A stretch of DNA of 63,055 nucleotides, filler included, from Thraustochytrium aureum (GCA_012862495.1; 7 parts of 5 records of this genome joined end to end with filler, not necessarily neighbours in it); one strand, 5' to 3'; counted from the whole stretch's first letter, positions 23,489 through 36,405 are shown. Notes: a model not told the origin generated them from the letters alone. Numbers and translations are program-made.

Positions 23489-24953
23489 ATGTCTTCCGCT
23501 GCGACGGGCCGCGCGGCGGACAACGTGCTGTTCATGGGGTTCAACCAGGACGCCTCGTGCGTGTCGATCGGGACGCGGAGCGGGTACCGCATATTTAACT
23601 GCCAGCCGTTCGGGCGGAACGACTTCTCCACGGACGGCGGCATCGGGGTCGTGGAAATGCTGTTCTGCACGAGCTTGGTGGCGCTCGTGGGCGCGGGGGA
23701 CCGCGCGGCGTTCTCGCCGTGCCACCTCAAGCTGTGGAACACGAAAACCGCAAGCGTGATTTGCGAGCTGGACTTTGCTACGGAGATCCAAGCCGTGCGG
23801 ATGAACCGCAAGCGGCTCATCGTCGTGCTCGAGCACTCGCTGCACATCTACGATCTCGACACGATGGTCAACCTGCAAACGCTCGAGGTGACGACCATGG
23901 GGACGCGATGGGGCGGCGGCGGCGGCGGCGGCGGTGCTTCTTGCGCGAGCAGCCTGCTGAGTTCGCCCCTGTGCGAGCTATCGCCGGACGAGAACAACGC
24001 CCTGCTGGCGCTCCCTGCGACCGGGGTCTCCGGCGACGTGTTCTTGTACGACACCCTCAACCTGGTCGAGTTTGAGTGGATCGCTGCGCACAAGGCGGCG
24101 CTGACCGCGCTGCGTTTTTCGCTGGATGGCGCGATGCTGGCGACGGCTTCAGAGACAGGCACGGTGATCCGCGTGTTCCGCGTGCCGTCCGGAGAGCGCT
24201 TGTACTCGTTCCGCCGCGGCACTTACTCTGCCACGGTTTACTCGCTGGCCTTTGACGAGACGGCGACCATGCTCGCCGCCTCGAGCAGTAATGGCACGGT
24301 GCACGTCTTCAGGGTGGGCGAGCGCCACGGGCGCGACGCGCCGCCGCAGGGCGCGCCGGCTTCGACTGGACCAGGTGCTGCAGAGGGCGGCGGCGCCGGG
24401 ATCGGCGCAAGCGCCGGCAGCTCAAGCGGCGAGGCGGACGGGTCGTCCGCGAGTGCGGGTGGATTTCTCGGCAAGGCCGCGACGAACGCCATCAGCTTTT
24501 TGGACAAACGGCGCGAGCTCGCCGGACGGCTTTTGCCAGGGATGATCAGCGACATGGTGGAGCCGGCCCGGAGCTTTGCCATCGCGCGGCTAAAGAGCAG
24601 CAATGTGGTTTCGCGGTGCGCGCTCGCCAAGGGCCTGCTGAGCGTCGTGACGTCTGAGGGTCACTTTTTCCAGTTTGCTGTCGGCAAGGACGGGTGCGAG
24701 CTCGCGTTTGAGATGTCGTTGCAAGCAGGTGACGCCAAGACGGACGGGTTTTACGCGGTTTTTCGAGTACGCCCCGGCGCCTCCCGTGCCGCCCGCGCCC
24801 CCTTCGGGAAACGACCAGGGCAGCGAGGGCGCCTTTGCAGCGTGGCCAGATTTGGAGCGATCCGCAGGAGGCGCAAGCGCCGACGCGGGCGACCTCGCGA
24901 CACAATCCAGCGCCGACAGCAGCGCCGACAGCAGCGCCGCGCAGCTTACATGA
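23489..24953 (+). CDS. ATG18: Autophagy protein ATG18/WIPI (PROPPIN) (frameshift near 24749)
   Basis: FNQDASC, VEMLFCTSLVALVG, AVRMNRKRLIVVLE, AAHKAAL, LATASETGTVIRVF, lipid-binding FRRG, SSNGTVHVF. Confidence 0.93.
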
Positions 24954-25336
24954 TCCAGTACGCGTGCGTGCGCGCACGCAAGTGCGCAGCCGCAGCCAGA
25001 AAGAACCTTTTGTCCATTTTCAAAACCTTTGGTGCGTGAGGGCGTGGGCGAGGACGAGGGCGATGCGAGCACCCNNNNNNNNNNNNNNNNNNNNNNNNNN
25101 NNNNNNNNNNNNNNNNNNTTAATTAATTAANNNNNNNNNNNNNNNNNNNNNNNNNNNNNNNNNNNNNNNNNNNNGATGGCGGAGGCGCGAGGTCGATCCA
25201 TCTCGTTGCTGGATCCAGTCTCGCAGTGCGCGCGGGAGGCAGTGCGCGCGGGAGGGAGGCAGGCAGGCAGGGGAAGGAAGGAGCGAGCGAGCGAGGGGCG
25301 AGCGGGCAGTGCGCGGGGCGTGTTCGTCGGGCGGCG

Positions 25337-26199
25337 ATGCACCGGGTTGGCGAGGAGGGCGAGGTGCTCGAGCTGGACAATGTGACGATCACGCTCAAGA
25401 GCGGCGCGATCCGCGCCAGGGACGAGTACTATGTGATGCTGGACGCGCTCAGCAACTGCAGGATGGCACCCGGGCCGGTGCAGTTCACCAGCAACGCCGG
25501 GCTCGGGAGGGCGGCTGTGGTCGGCGCGGGGCTTGGCGGGGCGTTTGTCGCGCACTTGTTCTGGGCGGTGGCCCACGCGCAAGGCGCGCTGACGGGGGCG
25601 GCGGAGCGTGGTCGGCCGCTGTGCTGATGTGGAGCTTGTACGGGATGGCGCTGTGCTGGTATCACATGAGCGAGTTTTTGCTGACGATGAGGTTCAACGC
25701 CCCGATCGCGGCGTGCGATTCCTTTCTGCTGACCCAGAGCAAAGAGTACCAGATCGCGATGGTGGCCTCGTGGATCGAGTTCTGGCTCGAGACGTGGCTC
25801 GTCCCAGGACTGAAGGGCTCGCTCCTAAGTCGCGTGATGATGGTTGTGGGCCTCTTTTTGGTCGTGATGGGCCAGTTCTTCCGCTCGGGGGCCATGGTGT
25901 CTGCGCAGAGCAACTTCACGCACCTGATACAAACGGAAAAGTCGAGTTCGCACCGTCTGGTCACGGACGGCCTGTACCGGTACCTCCGGCACCCGTCGTA
26001 CTTTGGGTGGTTTTGGTGGAGCGTAGGGACACAGATCCTGGTCTGCAACCCGATCTGCTTCGTCGGCTACGTTGCTGCGGCATGGAAATTTTTCTCTGTG
26101 CGCGTAAAGTACGAGGAGTTCACGTTAGTCCAGTTCTTTCCGGACGAGTATCCCCGATACCGCGAGCGCACGCCGGTGGGCATCCCATTCATTCAGTGA
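25337..26199 (+). CDS. ICMT: Isoprenylcysteine carboxyl methyltransferase (frameshift at 25594-25598)
   Basis: YHMSEFLLT, DSFLL, AQSNFTHLIQ, HRLVTDGLYRYLRHPSYFGWFWWSVGTQILVCNPIC, EEFTLVQFF, VGIPFI. Confidence 0.93.
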
Positions 26200-27148
26200 G
26201 GGCGCAGACGGGGCCAAACGAATCTATTCTCGATGGCGAGCTTGCTTTTTTGTCATGTGGCATTTTGATCGCGGCGAGAGCGCCACAAGTTGCGCCCCAC
26301 GTCGTTCACGCTGAGCCCAAGCTGTTCGAGGCAGGCGAGCTCAGACGGGGCCGTCCACCAAGTCCTCACTGCAATAGTCGTTGATGAGCAGGCTCGAAAA
26401 GTCGAAAAACAGAACCGGATCGGGCGGGAGATCACCGCTGAACATGACGAGCGGAGGCAGCGCGGACATGGTGTACCCTTGCGCGGCCTCACAGGCTTTT
26501 CCAAACGAGCCGACTGTGAACATGACGAATAACCATCCGTGTGGAAAAGCGACGAGAGGATGTGGGAAAAGGGAAAAGGAAACTCTATGCCGAGGCCCTT
26601 GGCATATCACCGCTTACCTTGTCAACGAGCGCGTCTTGCGCGTGACGGCGAGAACTTCGCTCATTGTGCTTGGCTGGTGCAGGGTCTCCTGGGGTTGGCT
26701 TTGACGTCAGGAGGCATCAGAGCACGATATGCCCTTCCCCACGCGCTCGCGACGCAATGGCGCGCCCCCAACGAGTACTCGTCTCATCAGCGTTTCCGAT
26801 GACCACCACCTATTCTGCGAGGAGCGCAGCCGACCATCGCGATTTCCTCCTTCCTCGCCCGTCCCGCTCCCCACAATCGCGCGCGCGCCGTCACGCGGGG
26901 GCGAACCACGGAAGCGAGCACTGCCACGTCGCGCACACGAGCCGCGCGACTCGTGACTCGACATGCACCATCCCTGTGCTGCCAGTCCTGGCAGACGGAT
27001 CATGAGCGATGAGCAAGTTCAACTTGACCCAAGTAATTCCCTCCTGCCCGCGCCCGGCCCTGCTGATCACGACAGCAGAGAGCGCAGCCTGACGCGTCCG
27101 ATGGATCGAGGACCAACCACGTTCGCATCGACGTTCAAAATCAAGTCA

Positions 27149-27192
27149 AACTCGGACTCGCTCGCCGCCGGAACTCGGACTCGCTCGCCGCC
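27149..27192. repeat. 23-bp-period tandem duplication (AACTCGGACTCGCTCGCCGCC x2)
   Basis: Two exact 21-mers at 27149 and 27172. Confidence 0.85.
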
Positions 27193-27491
27193 ACAGTCCC
27201 CGGCCCCCGAGACGTCCATTTTCTTCACGAGAAGCCTGTCTGCGCCGCTCGCGTTCTCGCGTTGGAGCTGGCTCGGCCGCCGGGCCGCCGTGCTCTGCCA
27301 TGCGGGGCTGGCCGGGGTTGACTCGCTCGGGGTGGCTGGGTGTTGGAGTCGTGTCGTTTTGACGCGAGGTCGAGTTGGGCGTCGCCGACCTCCCTCCACC
27401 CAAGTGCTCTGCACTCCGCCCAGCAGCAGCTGTGGGCCTGCGACTCTCACGTGACACTGCCGCTGCGCGACGCAAGCCGCTCGGAGGCTGC

Positions 27492-28503
27492 ATGGCTGCG
27501 AGCGCCAGTGCGGACGCGGCAGGAATGGAGGCGGCCCGATGGGAGCTGAGCGAGGGCGCGCTTCAAGAACACTTGGCGGACGCCGTGGCGTACTGCTGTC
27601 CGGCCGGGGCCGTCGTGCCGCGCGTGCGGGCGCCCGACGCTGTGACGTTCTTGCGCGACTTTGTTGCTGCCAACAAGCCGTGCATCCTGACGGGCTTGTT
27701 GGAGGGTCCAGAGTGGGCTGCCGCACGCGGCTGGACGCCGCGCAAGCTTGCCGAGCTCGGCGGAGACCGCCAGGTGCGTGTAAATGTGACGCCAACAGGA
27801 CACGGGGACTGCGTGGTTGGCGGGACAGAGCCCGCCGAAGCCCAGTTCGTCAAGCCGTTTGAGACGCGCATGACCCTCGCCGAGCTTGCCGACGAACTCG
27901 AGCATCCGCGCGAAGGCTTTGTGCCGTATCTCAGCCACCAGAACGACAACCTGCGCGACCCCGAGCTGGAATTTCTTGTGCGCGATGTCCCGGGCGTGCT
28001 TGCGCTTGGAGCGCAAGCCCTCGGCGATCTGGATGCGGTCAACCTGTGGGCAGGCGACGATCGCGCCGTCTCAGCTTTGCACCAGGACTTTTACGAAAAC
28101 CTCTACTGCGTCGTGCATGGTGAGAAGGTGTTTCACCTTCTNNNNNNNNNNNNNNNNNNNNNNNNNNNNNNNNNNNNNNNNNNNNNNNNNNNNNNNNNNN
28201 NNNNNNNNNNNNNNNNNNNNNNNNNNNNNNNNNNNNNNNNNNNNNNNNNNNNNNNNNNNNNNNNNNNNNNNNNNNNNNNNNNNNNNNNNNNNNNNNNNNN
28301 NNNNNNNNNNNNNNNNNNNNNNNNNNNNNNNNNNNNNNNNNNNNCACGACATGGCTTTCGACCACCGCTGGGTTGCGCACAGCTTGGCCAGCAAACTTGT
28401 GCCGAGAGTTGCAGCGGCGACACCGGCCGGCGCCGAAGCTGGCCCGTGCGCTGGCTCTGCGCGGCCCCCGAGGGCTGCCCAACACGATCTGGAGGACGAA
28501 TAG
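27492..28503 (+). CDS. JMJD7: JmjC-domain hydroxylase, JMJD7-like (internal gap)
   Basis: FLRDFVAANKPC, VNVTPTGHGDCV, FVKP, YLSHQNDNL, DAVNLWAGD, SALHQDFYENLYCVVHGEKVF (HxD); after the gap HDMAFDHRW. Confidence 0.88.
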
Positions 28504-28691
28504 GGCGGCAGAGCACGAACCTCGTTTCTTTTTTTTCAACGAATGGACACGCCTATTGGGAGTGGCCGCACAAAGCAGAGGCCATCAGAGCTCGCCGGGC
28601 AAACCTCCAGGGAGAGGCAAGAAATCAATGGGAATCGGACGAGGGTTTTCTTAACAGTTCGAGCTGGCAAAGGAAAGCTGAGACCGAGCAG

Positions 28692-29486
28692 TCACGGGAC
28701 CCTGCACTTGACGATGAATGTTGAGATCGACGTCACCGACTGGCCGTCTGGGGTAGCCAAACCCAGCATTAGCTCGGCGCCTTGCCACAGAAAGGTCATC
28801 TCGCGCCGCCTGATCTTTTTCCCGTTGAGGTATACGCCCTCTCGAACTTTTGAAGACTCGGCGGGTTCTCCCCGATCGCTTACATCAGTGACAGCAAACC
28901 ACCCATTGTACTGATAAACCTGGAACTCTATACGGGCTGCGCGACTCTCCTTTTCCAGACAGATTCCGTTCTCACTACCCCGGCCGCAAGACAGCAGGCG
29001 CGAGCCTGTTGGCACTCTCCAGAACTGGCCCTGCAGCGGCCCGAAACTGCACTCAAGGATAACTTGCTGGCACACCTGGTCCGACACCAGCACGACGAAC
29101 GACTTGCCAAGGCGCATGCCGCAGCAGAGTCCAACCTCCTTTTCACAGTTTGCCTTGAGAGGGGTCGTCGCGTTCTCAGTGAATACGAGCGTGCCTGTTG
29201 AAGACCCAACGTCTTTCACCACCCACCGGTTTCGGCTCGCATTGAATAGCAGCTCAGCGTGAGACCCGCTTGTCGTTTTGTTCGTCAAAAGGATGTCGCT
29301 GCTTGGCTTGCGCCCCATGGTGACTGCCTGCTCGGACGGCTTGACGCGCACGGATGCCCACTCCAAATCCTCTGAGAACAGACGCCATGACTTGGTTGCG
29401 TCGAGCAGCTTGGCGGTCTGCTCCTCGCTAAACTTTGTAGCATAGTCTTCCAAGTTGTCGACCTTGGCGCTCGCGCAAGCCCCCAT
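28692..29486 (-). CDS. Tandem FHA-domain protein with N-terminal acylation motif
   Basis: Starts MGACAS. FHA1: MGRKPSSDILL..TSGSHAEL..VKDVGSSTGTLV. FHA2: CGRGSENGICL..GVYLNGKKI..GAELMLG. Confidence 0.75.
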   Translation of the reverse strand: MGACASAKVDNLEDYATKFSEEQTAKLLDATKSWRLFSEDLEWASVRVKPSEQAVTMGRKPSSDILLTNKTTSGSHAELLFNASRNRWVVKDVGSSTGTLVFTENATTPLKANCEKEVGLCCGMRLGKSFVVLVSDQVCQQVILECSFGPLQGQFWRVPTGSRLLSCGRGSENGICLEKESRAARIEFQVYQYNGWFAVTDVSDRGEPAESSKVREGVYLNGKKIRRREMTFLWQGAELMLGLATPDGQSVTSISTFIVKCRVP

Positions 29487-30385
29487 CGCGAGAGCGTTGG
29501 CCGTGGGCCCCGACCGCCGTCGAAGCCGATGCTGCCGCTTGCCCGCGCTGCTAGGCAAGCCCTGTGGGGCCCTGCGCAGCGCAGGACCTTTTGGCAGCTG
29601 CTGCAAGTGCGCCGCCACCGCCAAAACGTGGCCGACCTCGAGAAGCACGGCCTTGCACAGGAGGCCAGAACGAGGCGCTTGGTCAAGTCGCCGCCCGCAA
29701 GCGCTGGGCGGCCACGGCGGCCCGCAGCGTACGAGGCTCGACAACCCCTTGGCCCGCTGGACGCGCCGTCGCTAGTGCTGCGGCCGCTCGCGACATTGCA
29801 TCGACGGAAGCAAAAGGGGTAACAAAGAAATCCGTTCAACGGCTCAGCCGCTCCAGTGCCCAGTTGGAGTTCGTTGCCTACATACCTACAGAAGCCATCC
29901 GGCCTGACGAAGGAGGCCCGTGAGCGCCCGCTCGATCACGTTCTATCACAGCGCGAGGCTGCGCTGATTGGTCGGTGCGCCGGGCCGAGGCGCCCTCGAC
30001 GATGTGAAACGCAACACAGTTCCGTGGGTTTGGCTAGAAGTTGGGCCGGGCTGGAAGTTGGGGCGGTGCGTGGGATTCTCTCTCCACCAGCCGGACGGCC
30101 AGAACGACGTGTCCGTTGAATTGGACGTGCGTTGGGCAAGGCGGGGGCGGCCGAGTGAAAATACTCGCTGCAGATAACTCCGCTCGCGCGGCAACTGTCG
30201 CGCCGACTCGCCACCAGGCTGGTATGGTCAAGTTGCGATCGCGGGAGAGAAGAGTTTCTGCGCTGCTCCAAGTTGAACAACTTTCTTGATCAAAGCGTGG
30301 TTGACAAGAAAAAGACCTTGTTGGCCGCATGTCAGAGGCTGCGAATTTGTATGCTAGGGTTCTGCAGAAGCGGGTCAGTTCTGTC

Positions 30386-33300
30386 CTAAAGCGTGGTCTT
30401 AATCCTTGACAGCGGCAGCGGCTCGCCCCGCAGGACGACGTCAAGAGCGGGCCGGCTCGCGAGAACAGTGACATCCGCAAGACCGTGCGGGTCGGGGTCC
30501 TCAACGTCAGGGTCGGCCTCCTGGTCTTGGTCGGCCGCCCCACCCACATCTCCATCCATGGCATCCTCCTCTTCGTCGTCGTCTTGCGGCTCTCCGCGCG
30601 CCTCTGCTTCGGCGCGAAGCTGTTCAGCGCGCGCTTCCGCCTCGGCGCGCTTGCGCTCCGCGGCCTCCTCGCGGCGCGCCTCTTCCTCTTGCTCCTCGCG
30701 GTCGAGCTCGTCTTCTGCTGCCCCGCTCGTGAGGTGTTCGGCCTGGGCGCAGACGCGCCTCCCGCCCAGCACGATCGGCCCGCTGGCGCCAGACTTGGTC
30801 CGCTTGCCCAGCTCGCGCAAAAGTATGCGGGTAGCGTAAGCTGAATCGGGCCCGTCCAGAACAACCGTGGACTCGGAAAGCGCAACAGGAATCCTTGCGA
30901 TGGCTGCCTTGAGCTCGTCGCGGATTTCCATCTCCGAGAGGGATTCGCGGTCCATCGTGTCCAAGAGCAGCACCGGGACGTTTGATCGCCGGGCCCTTTC
31001 CACCAGGCACCGAATCCGCTCCCGCTCGCGGCCGCGAGTCGTCAAAGGTTGAAAGTCATTGCGCACAGCAAGGACGTCTTTCGGGGACACAGAGCGTTTC
31101 AGGACTCGCCTCGTTGCCCACGAGCCTCGCCGCTACACGACCCATTTCGAGGAGAGCCTCCCGGACGGCGCAGGCTAGCGGACCCACGAAAACGAGCGCG
31201 CTCGCCAGGTGCATGGCCAGGACGCCCTCGACGGCGCCAAGCTGAGGCCCAAAGCCAAAGGCGTCGTCGTTTGGCATGTCAGCGAGGTTGGCCGACGCAG
31301 CGCGCGAAACGCGCGACTCGCTGCGCTCGCCTAATCCCGTAGCCAGCTTGCTGACCCCAGCCTTGCCCATTTCGACGCTGCTGCCGCGCGACGAGACAGA
31401 CGCGCCGCTCTCCGATGCGCTCGACGTGCTACTGCCGGCATCGCTGGCGTTGTCGCCCTCGCCAGCAACGCTCTCGGCGCCCACGTCGTCACCCTCGTCC
31501 TCCTCGTCGACGGAGCCCGCCTCGTCGTCATCGACATCGCTTTCAACATCATCGCTATCCGCGCCCGAGGAGCCTGACGGAATAAGCGCGGCCTCTGTGG
31601 GCTCGCCCGCAGGATATTCGCCGGGCGGCGCACCAACCACCCAGAGGTGCTCGCGCGAGACGACTTGCGCAATTCGAGCGAGCTCCGCCTCGAGCTGGGG
31701 TCCGACGACGACGCGCTTGGGCGGGAGGCCGGCGTCGCGGAGCTGGTCAGCAGTGAGCACCTGCGTCTCAGGCGCAGCAAGACTGTCAATTGAATCGTGA
31801 ACGAATACTTGAGCGTATCGCGCCAAAGTGGAGCGCACGCCGCGCTGGTCGCTACCGACAACAGCAGCATCAAATGCAGCGAGGCGGATGTTTTCGAGCA
31901 TGAACACCGGGATTTCGTCCACGTCCACTGCTGGCAGCTCGGCGGGGGCAGCAGTCCCAGGGGCTGCCTTTTTGCCCTTGCCAGCTTTGCTCTGCGCCGC
32001 CTTTGCAGCGAGCTCTGCAGCTGCCTGAGCAGCAGCTTGAGCGGCGGCCAGAGCCGCCTCGTCCTCCTCCCGGTCCTTTGCAATGTCCACGTCCCAGATC
32101 GGGGCTGTGGCATCCTCGTCGCTAAAGTCGTCGCAAAATACAACTTCGCGGCCAAGCTTGGCTGCCAAGTCCTCTGCCACTGCTTGCATGGACACGGCGT
32201 CGGACTTTGCGCATGACGACAGGGACCCGCGATGGCCGACAAGGGTGATGCTCTTGGGGCCAGCGCGAGCGATCCAGTCCACAGTTGCTGCGACGCGCTC
32301 GAGTTTCCTGGCCGCAACGCGCTCGTCGAGTGACGAGGGGTCGTCAGAGCTTGCTGGCACATCGAGATCAGCTTGCACGAGCACTCGCCGGCCCGCAAAC
32401 ACCGTCTGGTAGGTTGGCAGAAGGGCCCGAGTTGGCAGCTCTCCTGCCTCGATGTTGACAGCTTCAACCGGCTGTGACTCGGCGCAAGTCGCACCCTGAC
32501 CACGATCGAGCTCTGAAGCGCGGATCAATCCGTCGAGTTGGGCGGCAGGAAACACTTTGGCCGTTTCTGTGGCGCGCAGCGCTGCTTTGACCTCAGCACA
32601 CGCAAGCTCAAACCGACCAATCGCATCAGCAGCGGCCAGCATTGCAAGGTCGCTGTCTCCAGCCTCCTTCTCCTCGCCAGCTGGTGCTGCTGCAGCCTCG
32701 AGACCTTCCTCCCCGGTTGAACCTTCTGCTGGTGTCGCAGTCTCGACGACAGCGTTGGCGAGTTCCTCGATGCAGCGTCGGGCTAGGGTCCAAAACGGAG
32801 AGCGGCTGGCTGGCCGTGCGGCGGCTGACCTGGCCAGCTCCACGAGCTCTGCATCCAGGTCTTCGCCGATGGACTGAAGCCGCGCGCCTTCCTTCTCGAG
32901 ATAGGTGAGCGGCCGTGCGGGGCCAAGAACAGCGTCGGCCGCCGAGGAGCCGCCCAACTTTGCAGAGCTGCCCTCGAGGGTCTTCTCCTCTTCCTCTTCC
33001 ACTTCCTCTTCTTCCTCTTCTTCTTCGTCGTCATCGTTGGGGGCTTTGGCGCTCTGGGCCGACTCGGTGGTGTAGTCTTGGACAGCTGTGGTTTCGAATA
33101 GGTCGAGACGTACACTGTGTGAGTCCTCGTAGTCAGTTCCAAGCAAGGCCTCGCCGAGCCCGTCGAGCGTGTACTGGCCTTGGCTGGCTTCCGTCAAAGC
33201 ACGGCTTGCGGGGCGCAGAGGCTTGCCTTGAAGAATGTCGCAAATGTGAGCGCGGAGCGCCACAAGCGATGGCTGGAGAAGCCATTCGTCAACCTCCTGG

Positions 33301-35645
33301 TTCGCCTTGGCGTCTCGCTCGGACTGCTGTTCTGCCATGTCGAACGCGTGCTTGTGGGCAAACACGCGCCGAGCGAGCGCTTCAAGCCTTGGCTGGAGTT
33401 CGGGGGAGAAGAAGAGACCCATCGCGCGGTTGGCCTGTTCGAATCGCTCGCACAGTGTCTCTTCTGTCGGAGCCGGCGGCGGAGGAGCTGGTTGATTGGC
33501 CTCTTCCAGCAGCGCCTGCCGGAGGCGAGCCCGTGAAGCCTCGCTCTCGCGCAACTGGTCCTCGATTGCAAGTCGCTGCGCCTTGCCCGCGTCGCGTTGA
33601 GAAGCGATACCACGCAGCTCCACTTGGGCGGGCCCAGACGGGCAAGCCGGCCGAGAGTCGAGTTGCCACGTTTCGCTCCAGACGCCCGGACTGGCGCTTC
33701 GAAAGGCGAAGGCGAAGAGCTTTTCCTCGCCTGGAAGCAAAATGCTCGAGGACTCGTTGCAGAAAAAACGCTGAGGGTCGGCCCCGTCGCTCCCTTGGGC
33801 AGTTTGGTCCCCAAGTGAGGTCCAAGACAAGTAGAGCACGGTGGTGCCAGAGTTGCGCACTGCCAGCGTTGTTGTCGTTGTTTCGCCCACGTTGGCGCGC
33901 ACGGTTTGCGCAGGAACCGCTCCTTCAGGCTGGCAGCGACGATCAGCAGCGGTTGCAGAGAGCTCCACAGAGAGTGCAGGACCTTGCGCCGGCGCCAGCA
34001 ATCCGTCCGCGGCGATGGCAGTGAGCTGGTCCTGGATTGCACCTGCCCGTGACTCGTCAAGTTCGAGGTCGTGCTCCTTTCGCTGCGAATCTAGGGCGCG
34101 CTTCTCAATGCTCACAAAGGCCCACTCGAGCATAGGCTCGCCCCGCACGACAAGACCGCCTGCGAGGTCGTCAGTGACCTCGTGCGGGCGAACCAGCGCA
34201 AGGCTATTCGACAGCTGACGCTTTCGGCGCTGCAGGCTCCTAGAGTCGCGCCACGATTGAGAGCCGTCTTCTTTGACGGGTGCAAGCGCAGCCGGGGCAG
34301 CTTGAGGACGGAGCTCCGGGTTTCGGATCGTCTCAATATCCATCTGGTCAGTCTCGCGAACAGGGCAGAAGAGTCCGCTAAAGATATTCCCGACCGCGAC
34401 GAAGCGCGTGCCCATGCCTCGCAGGCTCATCATCCAGTACTCGGAGCCGTGCTTTTCATGGTGGGGAGTTGCCGCGTCGATAAAGGCGTACTCCTCGTAG
34501 CGCTTTCGGTGGCCGGGGATTCGCGAAACGGCTAGCTCGTTGAGGCTCTTGCCCGAGACGCGGCACATGGCCGATTTGAAGCGAGCCCACTCGTCTTGCC
34601 ACTGCTCGTATAGCTCGAGAGCGCGCTCTTGGCGGTCGAACATGAGGCGCTCGTGCGCCAGGAGGGTGGCGAGGCGCTCCTCGCGTTCCTGGCCGTTCTT
34701 GACTTGGGCGAGCGCGGCCTTGCGCTCTGCCTCTTCGCGCGCGGCTTGTCGAACGTTTTCCAAGTACGTGGCCTCGTCGATGGTGCTGCCAGGTTGGGCC
34801 CCGGGTGGTGGCTGCGTGGTTCCGCTCAGGGTCTGGATGCTCTCAATCGTCGCTTGCGAACTGACTGGGGTGATCGAGCTGCGGCTCATCCTGACGCGGT
34901 CGAGTGCTGGAGAGGAGGCCCGCCTCACGCGAGTCCCGCGAGAACCTCTCGAAACGGCAGCGCGCTCGGCCAGCTCGCCGGACAAGAGCATGTAGCGCTC
35001 GACATCCCCCAGGATTGCGTATGGGNNNNNNNNNNNNNNNNNNNNNNNNNNNNNNNNNNNNNNNNNNNNNNNNNNNNNNNNNNNNNNNNNNNNNNNNNNN
35101 NNNNNNNNNNNNNNNNNNNNNNNNNNNNNNNNNNNNNNNNNNNNNNNNNNNNNNNNNNNNNNNNNNNNNNNNNNNNNNNNNNNNNNNNNNNNNNNNNNNN
35201 NNNNNNNNNNNNNNNNNNNNNNNNNNNNNNNNNNNNNNNNNNNNNNNNNNNNNNNNNNNNNNNNNNNNNNNNNNNNNNNNNNNNNNNNNNNNNNNNNNNN
35301 NNNNNNNNNNNNNNNNNNNNNNNNNNNNNNNNNNNNNNNNNNNNNNNNNNNNNCCGGTAGCAGCCTGCCGAATTCCTCGCTCACAATCCCCGGTAGCCCA
35401 TCTTTGCTCTGGTCAACATGGAGCTTTTGGGGGTCAACCGCCTTGGCCACGCAGACCCTCCGTCTCAGCCCTGGCGCATTGTTGCCCTGCTTGTGCTCTT
35501 CGACGAATCCATCTTGCCTATCTTGCGCATCCGTAGCGCTGCGTTGCGCAGGCGCCTGCTTTGCAGTCCGGACGAGGAGCCGCTTCTTCCCGGGCCGCAT
35601 GGGAAACGTTACCTTTTCATCGGCCTCCTGCCTGACGTCCGCCAT
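30386..35645 (-). CDS. MYCBP-associated protein (MYCBPAP-like, ciliary) with C-terminal degenerate phosphoglycerate kinase-like region (gap; frameshift at 31083-31086)
   Basis: YWMMSLRG..RFVAVGNIFSGLF and Ig-like VRNSGTTVLYLSW..ILLPGEEKLFAFAFRS..PGVWSETW match MYCBPAP. GRRVLVQADLDVP, LVGHRG, VAEDLAAKLGREVVFCDD, MLENIR, QVFVHD, LEAEL follow PGK motif order. Confidence 0.75.
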
Positions 35646-36149
35646 CTTGCCAGCGTCACGCTCACGCCCGGTTTCCACGACTCGAGGGAGCTCGCCGTCA
35701 GCAGCGCTCTGTCAACGCCGCGCTCTCTTCCCGCGCACGCGTCCGAGCGCTTCGTCGTCTGAATGCGCTCGGCCCCGCATCGACCACGGCGCTCGCACGC
35801 CACGTTGACTGCCCATCCCGCCAAGCTTAAGTCCACCCACCTATTCAGCGATCGCCGTGAACCTTTCCTCGAATACAATTTTAGAGTGCGACGCCCCGGA
35901 ACGGCTCTTTCAACGGACACCTTGGCTGCAAGCGAGTGAAGTGGAGGATGGCCGTGCGTGGATGGGGAGGGGCCCTCGCTGGCTACCGGTTGCCGCAGCG
36001 GCAGGCCAGGCGATGCGGTGCTCTTGAAAATCGCAGCGTTTGGATTGCTTGCTAGCTCTTCCATGCTCGCTTTCGTGAGCGCAAGTCACGAGTGGGGAAA
36101 AGGGCCGCGGTATGCCTGCCTCCCCATTTTGCAGGAGAAAGCACGCCCC

Positions 36150-36216
36150 GCTCTGCTCTGCCTGCTCTGCAATGCTCAGCTCAGCTCAGCTCTGCTCTGC
36201 TCTGCTCTGCTCTGCT
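36150..36216. repeat. (GCTCT/GCTCA)n pentanucleotide microsatellite
   Basis: gctcagctcagctcagctctgctctgctctg... Confidence 0.9.
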
Positions 36217-36405
36217 ACGTTTTGCAATGCTCTCTGCAATAAATCAGTACGGTAGAGAATGTCAAGGACGAGGAAAGCGCTGGGCGCTACGGCGGCCGGT
36301 CCGGCTGGATGAAAGCAGCGTTGATTTGGCTTTGGCCGAATCGCGTCGGCGAGCGAAGCGAGGCAGAGCCTCTCGAGGAAAGCTGCGGGCTCCGCGTCCA
36401 ACGTC

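Noticed and set aside
26230..27220. Minus-strand gene between ICMT and JMJD7 (GTAAGC donor near 26617)
   Set aside because: Could not build a continuous frame or recognise a domain
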